IMG/VR virus record: IMGVR_UViG_3300028805_000041
Location: 64,001 to 128,000 of that record
DNA: 64,000 nucleotides
Reading direction: 5' to 3' (one strand)
Source of the DNA: a virus
Taxonomy: Duplodnaviria > Caudoviricetes
The notes beneath the pieces were generated by a model. It ran no database searches. It saw only the letters and a program-made list of their open reading frames with translations, and was not told where the DNA came from. A program made the position numbers and the translations under genes. Below, piece by piece: positions 18,382-28,684 of the stretch (positions are counted from its first letter, which is position 1; every line of letters starts with the position of its first letter).

Positions 18382-19794
18382 ATGGTAACAAGAACATTTA
18401 TAGACAAATGTACCACAATAGTAAAGAACAGTGAGGAGAATTTCGGTTTGAATCCTGTTGCAATGCTAAATCACGGTTTTGCGACATCCCGTGTTTTATT
18501 GCATTTCGATGTGGAGCATTTACGTGAACTGTACAATGATAAGACATATCCTGACGTAACAAAGATGAAGCATATCCTTAGAATGACAAACTGTGCTTCA
18601 ATAGATGAAAGGACGTTCAAATACTTCATTCCAAGCAATGACCAAAACTTGGTAAAGAAAAGAGCCACGTCATTTGAAATTCTGTGTTTTAAGGTACCGA
18701 TAAAATGGGACGAGGGTGTCGGTTTTGACTATTCGTCTGACGTTTGGTTTACGGGAAGTAATGCATTCTCCATTGAGGGTTGCAATTGGTATCAGGCATA
18801 TAACGGATGTGATTGGGCTGAGGAAGGTGTATATTCGACTGACACACTGACAAAGGAGTATGTCAAATTCTCCAATAACGAACCCGATATTGTTGTTGCA
18901 AGACAACATTTTGACCACGGTAACGAGGATTTGGAAATAGATTTGACTGATTATGTAAACTCATTGATAGTGAATGGCGGACATAATTATGGTGTTGGAT
19001 TGTGTTTCACACCTATGACTGAAGAAAGTGCAAGTACACTTACACAGTATGTCGGTTTCTTTACAAACAACACAAACACATTCTTTGAACCGTTCTTAGA
19101 AACAAAATATGACGATTGTATAGAAGATGATAGAAATAAGTTCTATCTCGGAAAAACAAATCGTCTTTACTTGTATTCGAATATAGGCGGTAGCCTTGAG
19201 AATCTTGACTATATGCCGACCTGTACAATAGATGACGTGTCATACGAGGTAAAACAACAAACTAAGGGTGTTTATTATGTTGATGTCAAGTTTTCCAAGG
19301 AAGATTACAAAAAAGACACAATAGTCAGTGATGTATGGAGCAATCTGTCATACAATGGAGATAAGATTGATGACGTTGAGCAGGAATTTGTGACTCTTGC
19401 GCCTGAGACATTCTTTGATATGAGCGGAAATGTGGGGTTGAATGAGAAATATAGTGCTACAATAGTCGGAATAGACGACTATGAGGAAATTGAATCCAAT
19501 GACGTAAGAATGGTTAAGGTGGTATTCAGAAAAAAATACACTAATGGTGAATATGTCACAATAAACGGAGCCAAATACAGACTTTATGTTATGAGCGGGG
19601 ATAAAGAGGTTGATGTGATAGATTGGGACAATATCCATTCAACATATGGCTGCAATTACTTTATGTTGGACACAAATACACTTGTACCTAATGAATATCA
19701 TATTGACATTAAAGTGAATATTGGAAACGAACTTAAAGTTTTCAAGGATGAGATAAAATTTACAATAACGAAAAACAGTCAACTCAAAAAATAA
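18382..19794 (+). CDS. Virion structural protein (beta-rich)
   Basis: SRVLLHFD, WDEGVG, DLEIDLTDYV, TNTFFEPFLE; TATTTAT at 18357-18363. Confidence 0.6.
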   Translation: MVTRTFIDKCTTIVKNSEENFGLNPVAMLNHGFATSRVLLHFDVEHLRELYNDKTYPDVTKMKHILRMTNCASIDERTFKYFIPSNDQNLVKKRATSFEILCFKVPIKWDEGVGFDYSSDVWFTGSNAFSIEGCNWYQAYNGCDWAEEGVYSTDTLTKEYVKFSNNEPDIVVARQHFDHGNEDLEIDLTDYVNSLIVNGGHNYGVGLCFTPMTEESASTLTQYVGFFTNNTNTFFEPFLETKYDDCIEDDRNKFYLGKTNRLYLYSNIGGSLENLDYMPTCTIDDVSYEVKQQTKGVYYVDVKFSKEDYKKDTIVSDVWSNLSYNGDKIDDVEQEFVTLAPETFFDMSGNVGLNEKYSATIVGIDDYEEIESNDVRMVKVVFRKKYTNGEYVTINGAKYRLYVMSGDKEVDVIDWDNIHSTYGCNYFMLDTNTLVPNEYHIDIKVNIGNELKVFKDEIKFTITKNSQLKK

Positions 19795-19795
19795 T

Positions 19796-20149
19796 ATGAA
19801 GAAGATTATACTTACAGAGAATAAACTCAGGGAAATGGTTGTAAATGCCGTTAAGAGGGCAATTACGGAGTCAATAGACCTACAGAACGTCTATACAATG
19901 GAAAAGTGGCGTAATGACAGGACACTTAAAGTTCAGGAAGGTCAAATTATAGAACCTGAAGTATTCTATCAATTAATGGGTAGTGTACCACCGGAAACAT
20001 ACAGTAATGGAATATTTCAACCGGGTGAACCCGCTGATCATGAGTTCAGAACAGGAAGGGCACTATATCTGACATTTGAGCACGTTGGCGATAATTTCTA
20101 TAAATATGTGGGACTTCGCCCATCGCCAAACGATGATAAAATGGGTTAA
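19796..20149 (+). CDS. Leader-bearing small protein
   Basis: Leader MKKIILTENKLREMVVNAVKRAITE fused to a small globular domain (VPP...FQPGEP.DH...LTF...YVG). Confidence 0.65.
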   Translation: MKKIILTENKLREMVVNAVKRAITESIDLQNVYTMEKWRNDRTLKVQEGQIIEPEVFYQLMGSVPPETYSNGIFQPGEPADHEFRTGRALYLTFEHVGDNFYKYVGLRPSPNDDKMG

Positions 20150-20163
20150 TGGAAACTAGAAAT

Positions 20164-20192
20164 AAAAAGCACCTTGTATTAGGTGCTTTTTT
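20164..20192. terminator. Bidirectional terminator
   Basis: AAAAAGCACC-loop-GGTGCTTTTTT. Confidence 0.75.
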
Positions 20193-20203
20193 CTATTTTG
20201 TTC

Positions 20204-21109
20204 TTACATTGCTCTTATATTTTTCGATAACATTTCCCCGAAATTGACTTCATCGAGCCGTATCAATTCGGGTGTTGGGTGATCCTTAGCCATTGATGGT
20301 CCCCAATCGTGCACGTGATTGTATATTGCCTCCCTGAATATATTCAGAATCTCGACTAACTTGTCACCATATACAATCGGGTGTGCATTACTTATAATGG
20401 TTTTGATTTTGCTATCATCTAACATTTCGGAACCACTTTTGTTCTCTCCGTTATCACCCGGTATATTGGATGAACTTACGAGATTGATTTCTTCGGCACT
20501 GATTGTAGCAACACTTCCCGCATAACCAACAAGTGTATCGAGTTTTTTCTTGTCATCATTCCACCCAATCTTGCTAATACTAATCGCCGAGTCATAATAT
20601 TTCATATGAACAAAGGCAGAATTCAAACTATTGAATTTCAGTGTTTTTCCGTTTACATCATAAGTTTCAAGCCTTGCACCGCAACGTATCCTTACGCTAC
20701 TATCACCCATTATTATGTCAGTGTTTCCTCTTCCATATAATGCGGTTTCATTGTCTTTTGCAAATGTTCCATTAAAATTAGGGGACAGTTCTGGGTTTCT
20801 TTTAATTCTGTCGTGAAGACCCAAACCCGCCAATGCGGTCACGTCGTCATTTAACCACATATTTTGGGGTTGTGATATAAGCGGACCGATATATGTGCGG
20901 GCTATTGGATTGCCATCTGTGTCGGTAATCGGAATTACAACGACATATTCATATACTTTTGGTTTTACAAAAAATAATTTCGGCAATAACGGAAATGCAA
21001 GTTTATTTTCATTTATTGTTTCATCATTGTCTAATTCAGGAACATATACATATATCCTGCCCATACCCTTTTCATCTGTGGTTTGTAATACCCTACCTGT
21101 GTATACCAT
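20204..21109 (-). CDS. Baseplate hub/spike protein (gp5/gpV-like OB fold)
   Basis: GRVLQTTDEKGMGRIYVYVPELD N-term; C-terminal HVH metal-binding tip motif. Confidence 0.65.
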   Translation of the reverse strand: MVYTGRVLQTTDEKGMGRIYVYVPELDNDETINENKLAFPLLPKLFFVKPKVYEYVVVIPITDTDGNPIARTYIGPLISQPQNMWLNDDVTALAGLGLHDRIKRNPELSPNFNGTFAKDNETALYGRGNTDIIMGDSSVRIRCGARLETYDVNGKTLKFNSLNSAFVHMKYYDSAISISKIGWNDDKKKLDTLVGYAGSVATISAEEINLVSSSNIPGDNGENKSGSEMLDDSKIKTIISNAHPIVYGDKLVEILNIFREAIYNHVHDWGPSMAKDHPTPELIRLDEVNFGEMLSKNIRAM

Positions 21110-21138
21110 TTCTACTCTCGTTAAAAAAAAAATGTTAT

Positions 21139-21537
21139 TTAACCACCGAAACCAAACACCTTAAATGGTAATATATTGAAACCATTTGCAATAAACGAGC
21201 CGCCCGCATTTGAACCCCATGCTGATATCGATATCCCACCAATTGGTCCTGCGGCTTGGACTGATGACTGTTGTTTATACATATCAACAAGTTCTTCGGC
21301 AAAAACTTTTATAATTGTTTCATAACCATTTTGAGCACCATCAGGCAATGGACCGAAAGCAAGACCGTGTTTTTTCTGTTTCGATATAATTCTTGCTGCA
21401 AGTTCCATTGCAGAAAGTCCCGGTCTGTTAATTGCGGAGCAAACAATTAATATTGCAGGAATTGCCGCCTGTGGTGGTCTGAGTGAATTGATTGTTTTAT
21501 TTAGTGTATCGGCAATTTTTTTTATTGTTGTTATCAT
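21139..21537 (-). CDS. Hypothetical, probable baseplate-associated protein
   Basis: In late operon upstream of the gp5-like gene. Confidence 0.5.
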   Translation of the reverse strand: MITTIKKIADTLNKTINSLRPPQAAIPAILIVCSAINRPGLSAMELAARIISKQKKHGLAFGPLPDGAQNGYETIIKVFAEELVDMYKQQSSVQAAGPIGGISISAWGSNAGGSFIANGFNILPFKVFGFGG

Positions 21538-23546
21538 GGTTCTTTAGTTGGATTACATTCGTCATTATTTGGCGGTGTGGCCGTTGGGACAATGTCAGCA
21601 TACATTACATTGTCTATAGTAACATTACTATATTTATTTCTTAGGAGTCTGCCAATCATTCCAAAATCAAACGTACAGTTTTCAAGTATTGTGTTTATCA
21701 GTTTCCTGTAGTCATTTATTGCTTCCTTTATGAGTTTCATCGCATACAGTTGAAGTAACGGCGTTATTTGTCTCATTACATAACTTAGCAACATTTGGAC
21801 TATGATTTCTTTTATTTCAAGAATCACTTGAAATAGCATATTTTTGAAGTTTTTAATGAAATCACCCCAACCGTCAAATTTCATCTTGTCATTTTCATTC
21901 CATTCTGAAATGTCACCCATTACTTCACTGTTGATTTTAAACAGAACGGCGATTTTTGGTGATAATATTGACAAAACAAGCTGTACGGACAATTCATTAA
22001 GGAGTTTTTCTATGATGGTATTACTCATCGAGAAACTGAAATTGTCTTTTGCGGTGTCTTCCGTCCCACCGGTATATGCAAACTTGGTAAATACGTTTTT
22101 AATTATTGTTTTCTGTTCGTCTGGAGTTGTTGCGGCATCAATACTTTCAATCATACTGCTCAATTCCTCCATTGTCACACCCGGTTCTATTGCAGCATCT
22201 TCATCATCAGCAATTTTTATCTTACCGTTGTAACGTTCTTTTGCTTCTTCAAGCATTACGTCATAATCCCTGTTACTGAATCTAAGGAAACAATCATCGA
22301 TTTCGGTATCTTCCATTGTAATCACTTCTTCAACGAGGTTTCTGACCTCACCCTTTATCAACTCCTCTTCAACTGAAAAAGTAAACTCGGTTGCCTTTAT
22401 TGTCTGAAACAACGCATAGATGATTCTTGACACAATCGTTTTTGTGTCAAATAATTTTGTATACCAAATATATTCGAAGTTGAATTCAAATACGGTGCTG
22501 TTCATCCACAATGTAACATATTCTTCATGTGGTTTTTTCTCACCCGTCTTTTTGTCTTTTTTCCGTATATCCAATGGTATTCTAAGGCATCGTCTTCCAT
22601 ATCTCCACGGATTTATGAAGAAACGTACAACATTTGTATTTAGATTTTTCACAAACGCCGCACCATTTGTCGGTTTCCACTCATCTTTATCTCCCGGTGT
22701 TTCCTCAAATTGCCCAATTAGCATCCCATACTGTCTTATCTTGTTACTTTTAGATGTGACGTCATAATACTTGTTTTTGAACCGTGTTTCGAGTTGTTTT
22801 TCATCATCATTAAAAAACTCCGCCCTTAAATCATCATCCTTTGCGAGTTTTTCTATGAATTTACACCTGTTATCCCAAAAATACGGGCGTTTTAACTTGT
22901 TTCCACTACTTCTGTGTATAATATACCAAAGGTATGCGTCAAAGTCACAGGAAGCCCATAAATGGTTTGCACTATATGCTGTAAGTGTTTTCAACTCACC
23001 GTCCCTATACCGATTATATATTGGCGTATATGCGTCAAAATAATAGTTTTTGCCCTTATCGGACACGGGACACAATTGTAATGTATCAAACAGGTCTATG
23101 TCAGAAATTTTAATTGCAACGCCATTGCCTTCGGGGTAAATAGGAATGTGTCTGCTTTGCCCCTTTTCTTCAATGTCAGTCGGATAGAGAAGTCTGTCAG
23201 GTATGAGCGGGTTTAGCGAACACGTAAACATATTCTTCACGTTCGCCAATAATATCGCCTTGATAGCATATTCTATCTTGTCGAGAAAAGAATCCTTATC
23301 GGATAACCATCCGCAAATTTCATCAAGTAAATCATCTTCAGATATACCGAACATTTTAAGAATGTTCAATAAAAAAGAGACACTTGATTTTGTTGCGTCA
23401 CCGCTAATTGAATCGTCGGTTATAACAATAGGATACTCTTCAAGAATGGTTCTAATCGCAGATATTGAGTTTATCGCGGTATCCACACTCTCTTTATCTT
23501 TCGATTTGAGTTTCTTTTTGGACTTCTTCCTGTCTTTTAATGCCAT
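21534..23546 (-). CDS. Hypothetical large protein, probably structural
   Basis: 670-aa ORF overlapping both neighbours in a late operon. Confidence 0.55.
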   Translation of the reverse strand: MALKDRKKSKKKLKSKDKESVDTAINSISAIRTILEEYPIVITDDSISGDATKSSVSFLLNILKMFGISEDDLLDEICGWLSDKDSFLDKIEYAIKAILLANVKNMFTCSLNPLIPDRLLYPTDIEEKGQSRHIPIYPEGNGVAIKISDIDLFDTLQLCPVSDKGKNYYFDAYTPIYNRYRDGELKTLTAYSANHLWASCDFDAYLWYIIHRSSGNKLKRPYFWDNRCKFIEKLAKDDDLRAEFFNDDEKQLETRFKNKYYDVTSKSNKIRQYGMLIGQFEETPGDKDEWKPTNGAAFVKNLNTNVVRFFINPWRYGRRCLRIPLDIRKKDKKTGEKKPHEEYVTLWMNSTVFEFNFEYIWYTKLFDTKTIVSRIIYALFQTIKATEFTFSVEEELIKGEVRNLVEEVITMEDTEIDDCFLRFSNRDYDVMLEEAKERYNGKIKIADDEDAAIEPGVTMEELSSMIESIDAATTPDEQKTIIKNVFTKFAYTGGTEDTAKDNFSFSMSNTIIEKLLNELSVQLVLSILSPKIAVLFKINSEVMGDISEWNENDKMKFDGWGDFIKNFKNMLFQVILEIKEIIVQMLLSYVMRQITPLLQLYAMKLIKEAINDYRKLINTILENCTFDFGMIGRLLRNKYSNVTIDNVMYADIVPTATPPNNDECNPTKEP

Positions 23547-23950
23547 TACTTCTTGGTTATATATTCTTCGGTATTACCGTTATCTACAGATGATGCGTCT
23601 TTGGCTAATTTCCTTAACTTGTTGATGTCGAGTGTTGTAGGTATGTTTTTACTTGCGTCTATTGCACTGTTAATGTCGCCATTGTGCTTGACAATTTCAC
23701 TCATCAATTTTGCAATATCCTGTTTTTGAGCAATCGACTTTTGCTGCAAAGATATGTAATTAGCCATTATCTTCGCATATTTTTCCTTCCCATCAATGTC
23801 CAGTTGGTTTATGGTGGTAGTGTTTGCTATCTTGTTTATCTCATCTTGAATCTGTTTGTGCTGTTGGCTTGCAAGATTATATGTTTCCTGTAACAACTGC
23901 TCAATCTTATCAACATTATTTAACTTAATAGTGTATCTTCGCTTGTCCAT
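23546..23950 (-). CDS. Helical late protein (possible terminase small subunit)
   Basis: All-alpha, 134 aa; TATTTAT at 23970-23976 (minus). The TerS call rests only on size and helicity. Confidence 0.3.
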   Translation of the reverse strand: MDKRRYTIKLNNVDKIEQLLQETYNLASQQHKQIQDEINKIANTTTINQLDIDGKEKYAKIMANYISLQQKSIAQKQDIAKLMSEIVKHNGDINSAIDASKNIPTTLDINKLRKLAKDASSVDNGNTEEYITKK

Positions 23951-23976
23951 TACTAAAAAGATTTATTATATAAATA

Positions 23977-24696
23977 CTACCTGATGACAATATTCTTGAT
24001 TGCAATGAATTCATTTTTGAACTTTCTCATATTGTCCCTAACACCCTTAGTATCAAGTCCCGTAGATTCTCTCAAGAAGAAAAGAATGGCATTCTTATTC
24101 AATTTGTTGCTTCCGTCAGTCGTTAAAACATAATCCCAATTTTCCAAAAGGTTTTTTAGCGCACCGCCAACCTTTATCTCATTTTCCTTTAATGAATACT
24201 TCTTCGGATTCTCAAGCATATAACCGATTCTCTTTATTAGAAGTTCCATACTCTCGGATGCTATTCTCGAACCTCTATCCTGATCACAAGAATATTTAAG
24301 GTCATTTGCAATTTCACCGGATACTGTCTCATACAACGGGTTTCTTTCAAGCGTCTTGGCAAAATTCTGAATCTTGCCTATTAGATAATTCTTGCAAATC
24401 GCCCCATAATACGAATATGCCTTGTGTTGCCCCGGTTTGAACTTGTCCATCTTTGTCATCAGGAACGATGTTGTATCATTGAACGTGTCCCCTGATTCTT
24501 CATCGGGCACATACAGTTTATAACGACGGATGATACTTTCTATCATTTTTTCAAACGGGTACTTGAGACATTCTTCGAATATCTTATTCTTTTCCTCTCT
24601 AGTATCCGCAGACAAATATCTTAAAACTGCTTCCTCTTCTTCTTTTCCAAAATATTCCTTTTTGTTTTCTTTTGGTTTTCGTCCTCTTTTAGCCAT
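23977..24696 (-). CDS. gp55: Phage late-transcription sigma factor (gp55-like)
   Basis: YF..EEE.A...Y...KMIESIIRRY...KMDKFKP...KAYSYYGAICKNYLI resembles sigma region 2 of gp55 (NAFAYFTQIxxNAF). Confidence 0.7.
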   Translation of the reverse strand: MAKRGRKPKENKKEYFGKEEEEAVLRYLSADTREEKNKIFEECLKYPFEKMIESIIRRYKLYVPDEESGDTFNDTTSFLMTKMDKFKPGQHKAYSYYGAICKNYLIGKIQNFAKTLERNPLYETVSGEIANDLKYSCDQDRGSRIASESMELLIKRIGYMLENPKKYSLKENEIKVGGALKNLLENWDYVLTTDGSNKLNKNAILFFLRESTGLDTKGVRDNMRKFKNEFIAIKNIVIR

Positions 24697-24707
24697 TGGA
24701 AGTGGTT

Positions 24708-25496
24708 TTATTCTCCTTCGTATACCTTATTTCTATCTTCTTTAAAGAAATACTCTTGTTGTGCGGTTTTGATTAACCATTGAACATAATTAGGTGTAAC
24801 TTCTTTGTTCTTTGTCTCTGAATAACTGTTTTCCCTACCAATTGTATGTCTATATCCAACCTTTGGAATCACTCTGACAACATATGAGTTGTGACACATT
24901 CTAAGTAAGAACTCATACCAAGAGGCAAGCCCTAATGACGGTTTCAGTCCACCCGCAGTAATGAAATCCTCAGTCTTGATTATGGATCCTGTGACATTAA
25001 AATCCATATATGCCTCCAATGCCTCAATATCAATGACACCAAGTTCATTCGAGAAAGAGTTTGACAAGGCGATTTCATTTGCAAATTGAACCATTTTACC
25101 ATTGGTATCAACTAATTCGGTCAATGGAATATATACCGATGCAGCACATTCTGTACCGATATATTTTGAAACTTCATCAACCCAATATGAATAATATTCA
25201 TCATCAAATTCTATTACTGAGAAATATGGGGTGACACACTTGTAAACTGCCATATTTATTTGTGTAAACGGGTCAGTTTCACCGTTGTTTTCAAGAAGTT
25301 GGAGATTGCACTTGCACTTTACCTTGTTATAAACCACGTCAGCCTTGCTGATTACGTTCGACGGTCCGACAATTATAATGCTGTTTTTCTTAGAATCACA
25401 GTTTTCCTTAATGCTTACAAGTGACTTTTCAAGATATGTTTCAACTTCAGAATCGAAAGTGTTTAGTGGTATAATAAATGTTAAATTGTTCTTCAT
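24708..25496 (-). CDS. Glycosyltransferase, GT-A (GT2-like)
   Basis: LTFIIP, TPYFSVIEFDD, GGLKPS..WYEFLLR...IPKVGY.H. Confidence 0.75.
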   Translation of the reverse strand: MKNNLTFIIPLNTFDSEVETYLEKSLVSIKENCDSKKNSIIIVGPSNVISKADVVYNKVKCKCNLQLLENNGETDPFTQINMAVYKCVTPYFSVIEFDDEYYSYWVDEVSKYIGTECAASVYIPLTELVDTNGKMVQFANEIALSNSFSNELGVIDIEALEAYMDFNVTGSIIKTEDFITAGGLKPSLGLASWYEFLLRMCHNSYVVRVIPKVGYRHTIGRENSYSETKNKEVTPNYVQWLIKTAQQEYFFKEDRNKVYEGE

Positions 25497-25498
25497 TG

Positions 25499-26596
25499 TT
25501 AATCATTTTTTTCTTCGTTATTTTTAGCAATTGACAGTGCTTCTGTCAACTCTTTCTTTCTTTCTTCAAAAATACCTTCGACATATACACGTTTAATATC
25601 CTCAATCTGAAGTGCGCTTGTGTAGTTCTTAAGAACCATATCCGCTTCCTTTTGGATAACATCAGGTATCGAATTATGGATGTATGAGTCAATAACAGAA
25701 GCCAACAAGTCATATGCATCACGGGTATTATAGAACCATAGACCACAATCCCTTACCTCGCCGTTGTTTGTCATCCACTCAGGAATGGTTTCAGGTATCT
25801 TACCCATAACGATGTCACCACATGCCATTGCCTCTAAAGGTGTATAGCCGAAGTCCGTCTTATCGTCAACCCATAATGTGATTGCCGCCTCCTGATATGC
25901 CTTTACAAGTTCATCCTTAGGAATTCCATTGAAATCCCTGAAACAAACCCACTTAAACATCGGGTACTTCCAAAAGAATGGTTTTACTATTGCATTGACA
26001 TCTCTCTTATTCTTCGAGACAATGTTTACAATCAATTTCTTTGGTGTGTCCGTCTTCTTGAAAATGTCTGAAATTGATGGTCTGACAATATTTGTCCTGA
26101 CATGTGGGAATACTTCCTTGATTCTGTCTGAGAGCACATTTGATGTTGTGACACACTCATTCACACCATAATTCATCCAAGTTGCACCTGGTTGTGTCAT
26201 CTCCGTAAGATACTCAAAGTTCTGCAATAATGCAATTCGTTTACAAGGAAGGTCCTTTGTCTGATACATAACAGAACTGAAAATTTCAGGGATGAAAAGA
26301 ATATCCGCAGGGGAAATTGCAACGTTGTCCTTTTCAATATTATAGTGTGGGAGGTCTGCGTACTTGTCACCAAGCCATTCCCTTACACCGACAAATTCCT
26401 TTTCGGAATGTAGAATCTGAACATTGTAGCCAAGTTCCTTCAATTGATATGCCGTTTCATACATATATGTAAGAGAACCGCTTGGCATACCCTGCGTGTC
26501 TAAAGTATAAAACAAGACCTTAAACGACTTGTCATCATATTTTTTAAGTTCGTCACTTAATTTTCCAATTAATTCGTTATTCTCCATATTATTCAT
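25499..26596 (-). CDS. Glycosyltransferase, GT-B (GT4-like)
   Basis: L.ELGYNV, DILFIPE, DFGYTPLEAMACG. Confidence 0.85.
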   Translation of the reverse strand: MNNMENNELIGKLSDELKKYDDKSFKVLFYTLDTQGMPSGSLTYMYETAYQLKELGYNVQILHSEKEFVGVREWLGDKYADLPHYNIEKDNVAISPADILFIPEIFSSVMYQTKDLPCKRIALLQNFEYLTEMTQPGATWMNYGVNECVTTSNVLSDRIKEVFPHVRTNIVRPSISDIFKKTDTPKKLIVNIVSKNKRDVNAIVKPFFWKYPMFKWVCFRDFNGIPKDELVKAYQEAAITLWVDDKTDFGYTPLEAMACGDIVMGKIPETIPEWMTNNGEVRDCGLWFYNTRDAYDLLASVIDSYIHNSIPDVIQKEADMVLKNYTSALQIEDIKRVYVEGIFEERKKELTEALSIAKNNEEKND

Positions 26597-26963
26597 TCGT
26601 TATTTTCTTAATTAGGTTTTTAGCATATAATGTGTTGAAGGCGAAACATACGCCGTATGCCGCAGGAATTCCTGACACAGCTTCCTCAGCATTCAAAATG
26701 ACAATTATCAGCGTTTTTACAAGGTCATATCTGATATTGTCAATCTCAGCACCCATTGGTGTTGTGACCTCTTTTACAAGTTTAACCGTCTGTCGTGGTT
26801 TAGCTTCACCTTCAGGCATTTCGTATTGGTCGGTTATTTCCTTTTCAATGACATCTCTGTCCCTTGATTGGCAAACATACTTGAAAATTTCATCAAGGTC
26901 AAATGCATATTCACACCCTTCGTATGTGAACGTTGTGTTTTCGTTGTCAAAAATATTATCCAT
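26589..26963 (-). CDS. Hypothetical protein
   Basis: 124-aa ORF overlapping neighbours within the operon. Confidence 0.6.
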   Translation of the reverse strand: MDNIFDNENTTFTYEGCEYAFDLDEIFKYVCQSRDRDVIEKEITDQYEMPEGEAKPRQTVKLVKEVTTPMGAEIDNIRYDLVKTLIIVILNAEEAVSGIPAAYGVCFAFNTLYAKNLIKKITNE

Positions 26964-27558
26964 TTTTTATCTTTTTATACCATTCGTTATCGTTAATAAA
27001 GTCATACAAACTTTCATATTCAATATCTGCTTCCACGTCCTTATTGTATGGCATCTTTATTTTAATGCATTTTTTTCCTTCCGGTTTGTTTTCAATAAGA
27101 TGTGGGTCAGCCGTTATCATCACGTCGCACTTGTCCCATAATGTAAGAGAATCGGAAGGGAAACAGAATTCCCTGATTCTTGTTGCAATTTTTGAGAGGA
27201 AAAAACAGGTGTACCCAATAGAGGCATTGAACTCCATTGGATTACCAAACATTATTTCAATGTTCTCTTCTATCTCATCATTATCTGGCAATTTAAGACA
27301 CCAAAGGTTGAAATTCTTGTCTAACATTTTATCCATTACTTCAGCCTCGCCGAATATTTCAAACGGATAGTCTTCGTAAAGAAACTTCTGATACTTTTCC
27401 TTTGTTTCGAAATGGCATAGGTCACAGTAAGAATTTGTTGTGAAATTTTCCTCTTCAGGTACCTCGAAATTTGGGTTAATTCCAACTTTCTTAAAGATTT
27501 TAAAGAATTGTCTCGATTTTGCCCTTATGACATCATCTAAAGTTACACATATTTTCAT
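26956..27558 (-). CDS. HAD-like 5'(3')-nucleotidase-fold protein (degenerate motif I)
   Basis: MKICVTLDDVI, DVMIT..P, IKIKMPYN; start revised to ATG 27558. Confidence 0.6.
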   Translation of the reverse strand: MKICVTLDDVIRAKSRQFFKIFKKVGINPNFEVPEEENFTTNSYCDLCHFETKEKYQKFLYEDYPFEIFGEAEVMDKMLDKNFNLWCLKLPDNDEIEENIEIMFGNPMEFNASIGYTCFFLSKIATRIREFCFPSDSLTLWDKCDVMITADPHLIENKPEGKKCIKIKMPYNKDVEADIEYESLYDFINDNEWYKKIKNG

Positions 27559-27659
27559 AATACACTTTTTTATTAAAAATAAAAAAACAATATTACTAAG
27601 TAAATACAATAGGTTTTTTAAGTGTAAAACTATTTATATTAAAAATACGTATTTTAATT

Positions 27660-28505
27660 ATGAGTAAGAAAGTAATAAAAATGAACGAGTCAGTTCTTCG
27701 TAGTTTAATTAAAGAGTCAATAAGTAGAGTAATCTCTGAAATGGACGAAGGTAAATATTCTAATAATAAGCCATTCTTCCATGGTGGTATTCGTGATGTT
27801 AAACCGGGAGAAAAAGCATTTAAACATACAAATCCGGGAGCCGACGAAAAGGCTTTGGAGAAACATAATGCACGTGTGGACAAGCATCTTCCTGACATGA
27901 TGGATTCCGATAAGTTGAAAGCAAGAGAAGCACAAATCAAGTCTTCAGAAAGAGGCGGAATGCCTCGTGAAAACTTCAAAGATACATTAGAAGGAGAACT
28001 TAAAAAGAATAAACAAGAGTATAAACAAGTGAGCGAATCAGACCTTCATAGAATTATAAAGGAATCTGTAAGTAGGGTGTTGAATGAAGTATCAACTGAT
28101 ACTCTGCATAATGCCTATCAAAAATCACGAAATTTAACAATGGGGATGCCTAATTTGTCTGATGACCCCAAAATACGAAGAAAATTTAGACAAAAACATG
28201 CATTTGCTGACGAATTGGACAAAAGGCATAGTAATGAAATATCTGCAATTGATCCTGACACAACACAAGGTTATGGGGCAGACTTTTATGAGCATCCCGA
28301 ACTTAGGAATACAAAGGCATATAAAATGGCCTATGATTATGTAAGTGATTTTGATTGGTTTGTTAATGGTGATATTGATTTGGATGCGTGGAGTCTTCAT
28401 GATTTGGCATTAGATGTTGAATCTGATACACGAATACCTTCAAGTATAGCAGAACAAGCAATAGTTGATTATCTGCGTAATGAATTTGGATATAAAGTAT
28501 ATTAA
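27660..28505 (+). CDS. Protein with two copies of the shared leader
   Basis: IKMNESVLRSLIKESISRVISE plus internal VSESDLHRIIKESVSRVLNE (28029-28088); TATTTAT at 27631-27637. Confidence 0.7.
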   Translation: MSKKVIKMNESVLRSLIKESISRVISEMDEGKYSNNKPFFHGGIRDVKPGEKAFKHTNPGADEKALEKHNARVDKHLPDMMDSDKLKAREAQIKSSERGGMPRENFKDTLEGELKKNKQEYKQVSESDLHRIIKESVSRVLNEVSTDTLHNAYQKSRNLTMGMPNLSDDPKIRRKFRQKHAFADELDKRHSNEISAIDPDTTQGYGADFYEHPELRNTKAYKMAYDYVSDFDWFVNGDIDLDAWSLHDLALDVESDTRIPSSIAEQAIVDYLRNEFGYKVY

Positions 28506-28570
28506 GCGGTCACTAATCCAACTCTAATCTCAGACCACTTACGAACAAGTCCAATTGACTTTTCAAACAT

Positions 28571-28602
28571 ATGGGCGAATCTATCCGATTCGCCCATTTT
28601 TT
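28571..28602 (+). terminator. Intrinsic terminator
   Basis: ATGGGCGAATC-loop-GATTCGCCCAT followed by T-tract. Confidence 0.8.
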
Positions 28603-28684
28603 GTGCCAACTGCTATATCATTATCAAAAAAAAATGCACCGAAATAATCGGTGCACCCCATAAAAACATAATAACTATGAACAA

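Noticed and set aside
28502-28597. Minus-strand 22-31 aa ORF (MFEKSIGLVRKWSEIRVGLVTA) convergent with 27660
   Set aside because: It overlaps a terminator hairpin and has no promoter motif or recognisable features; it cannot be supported without conservation data.
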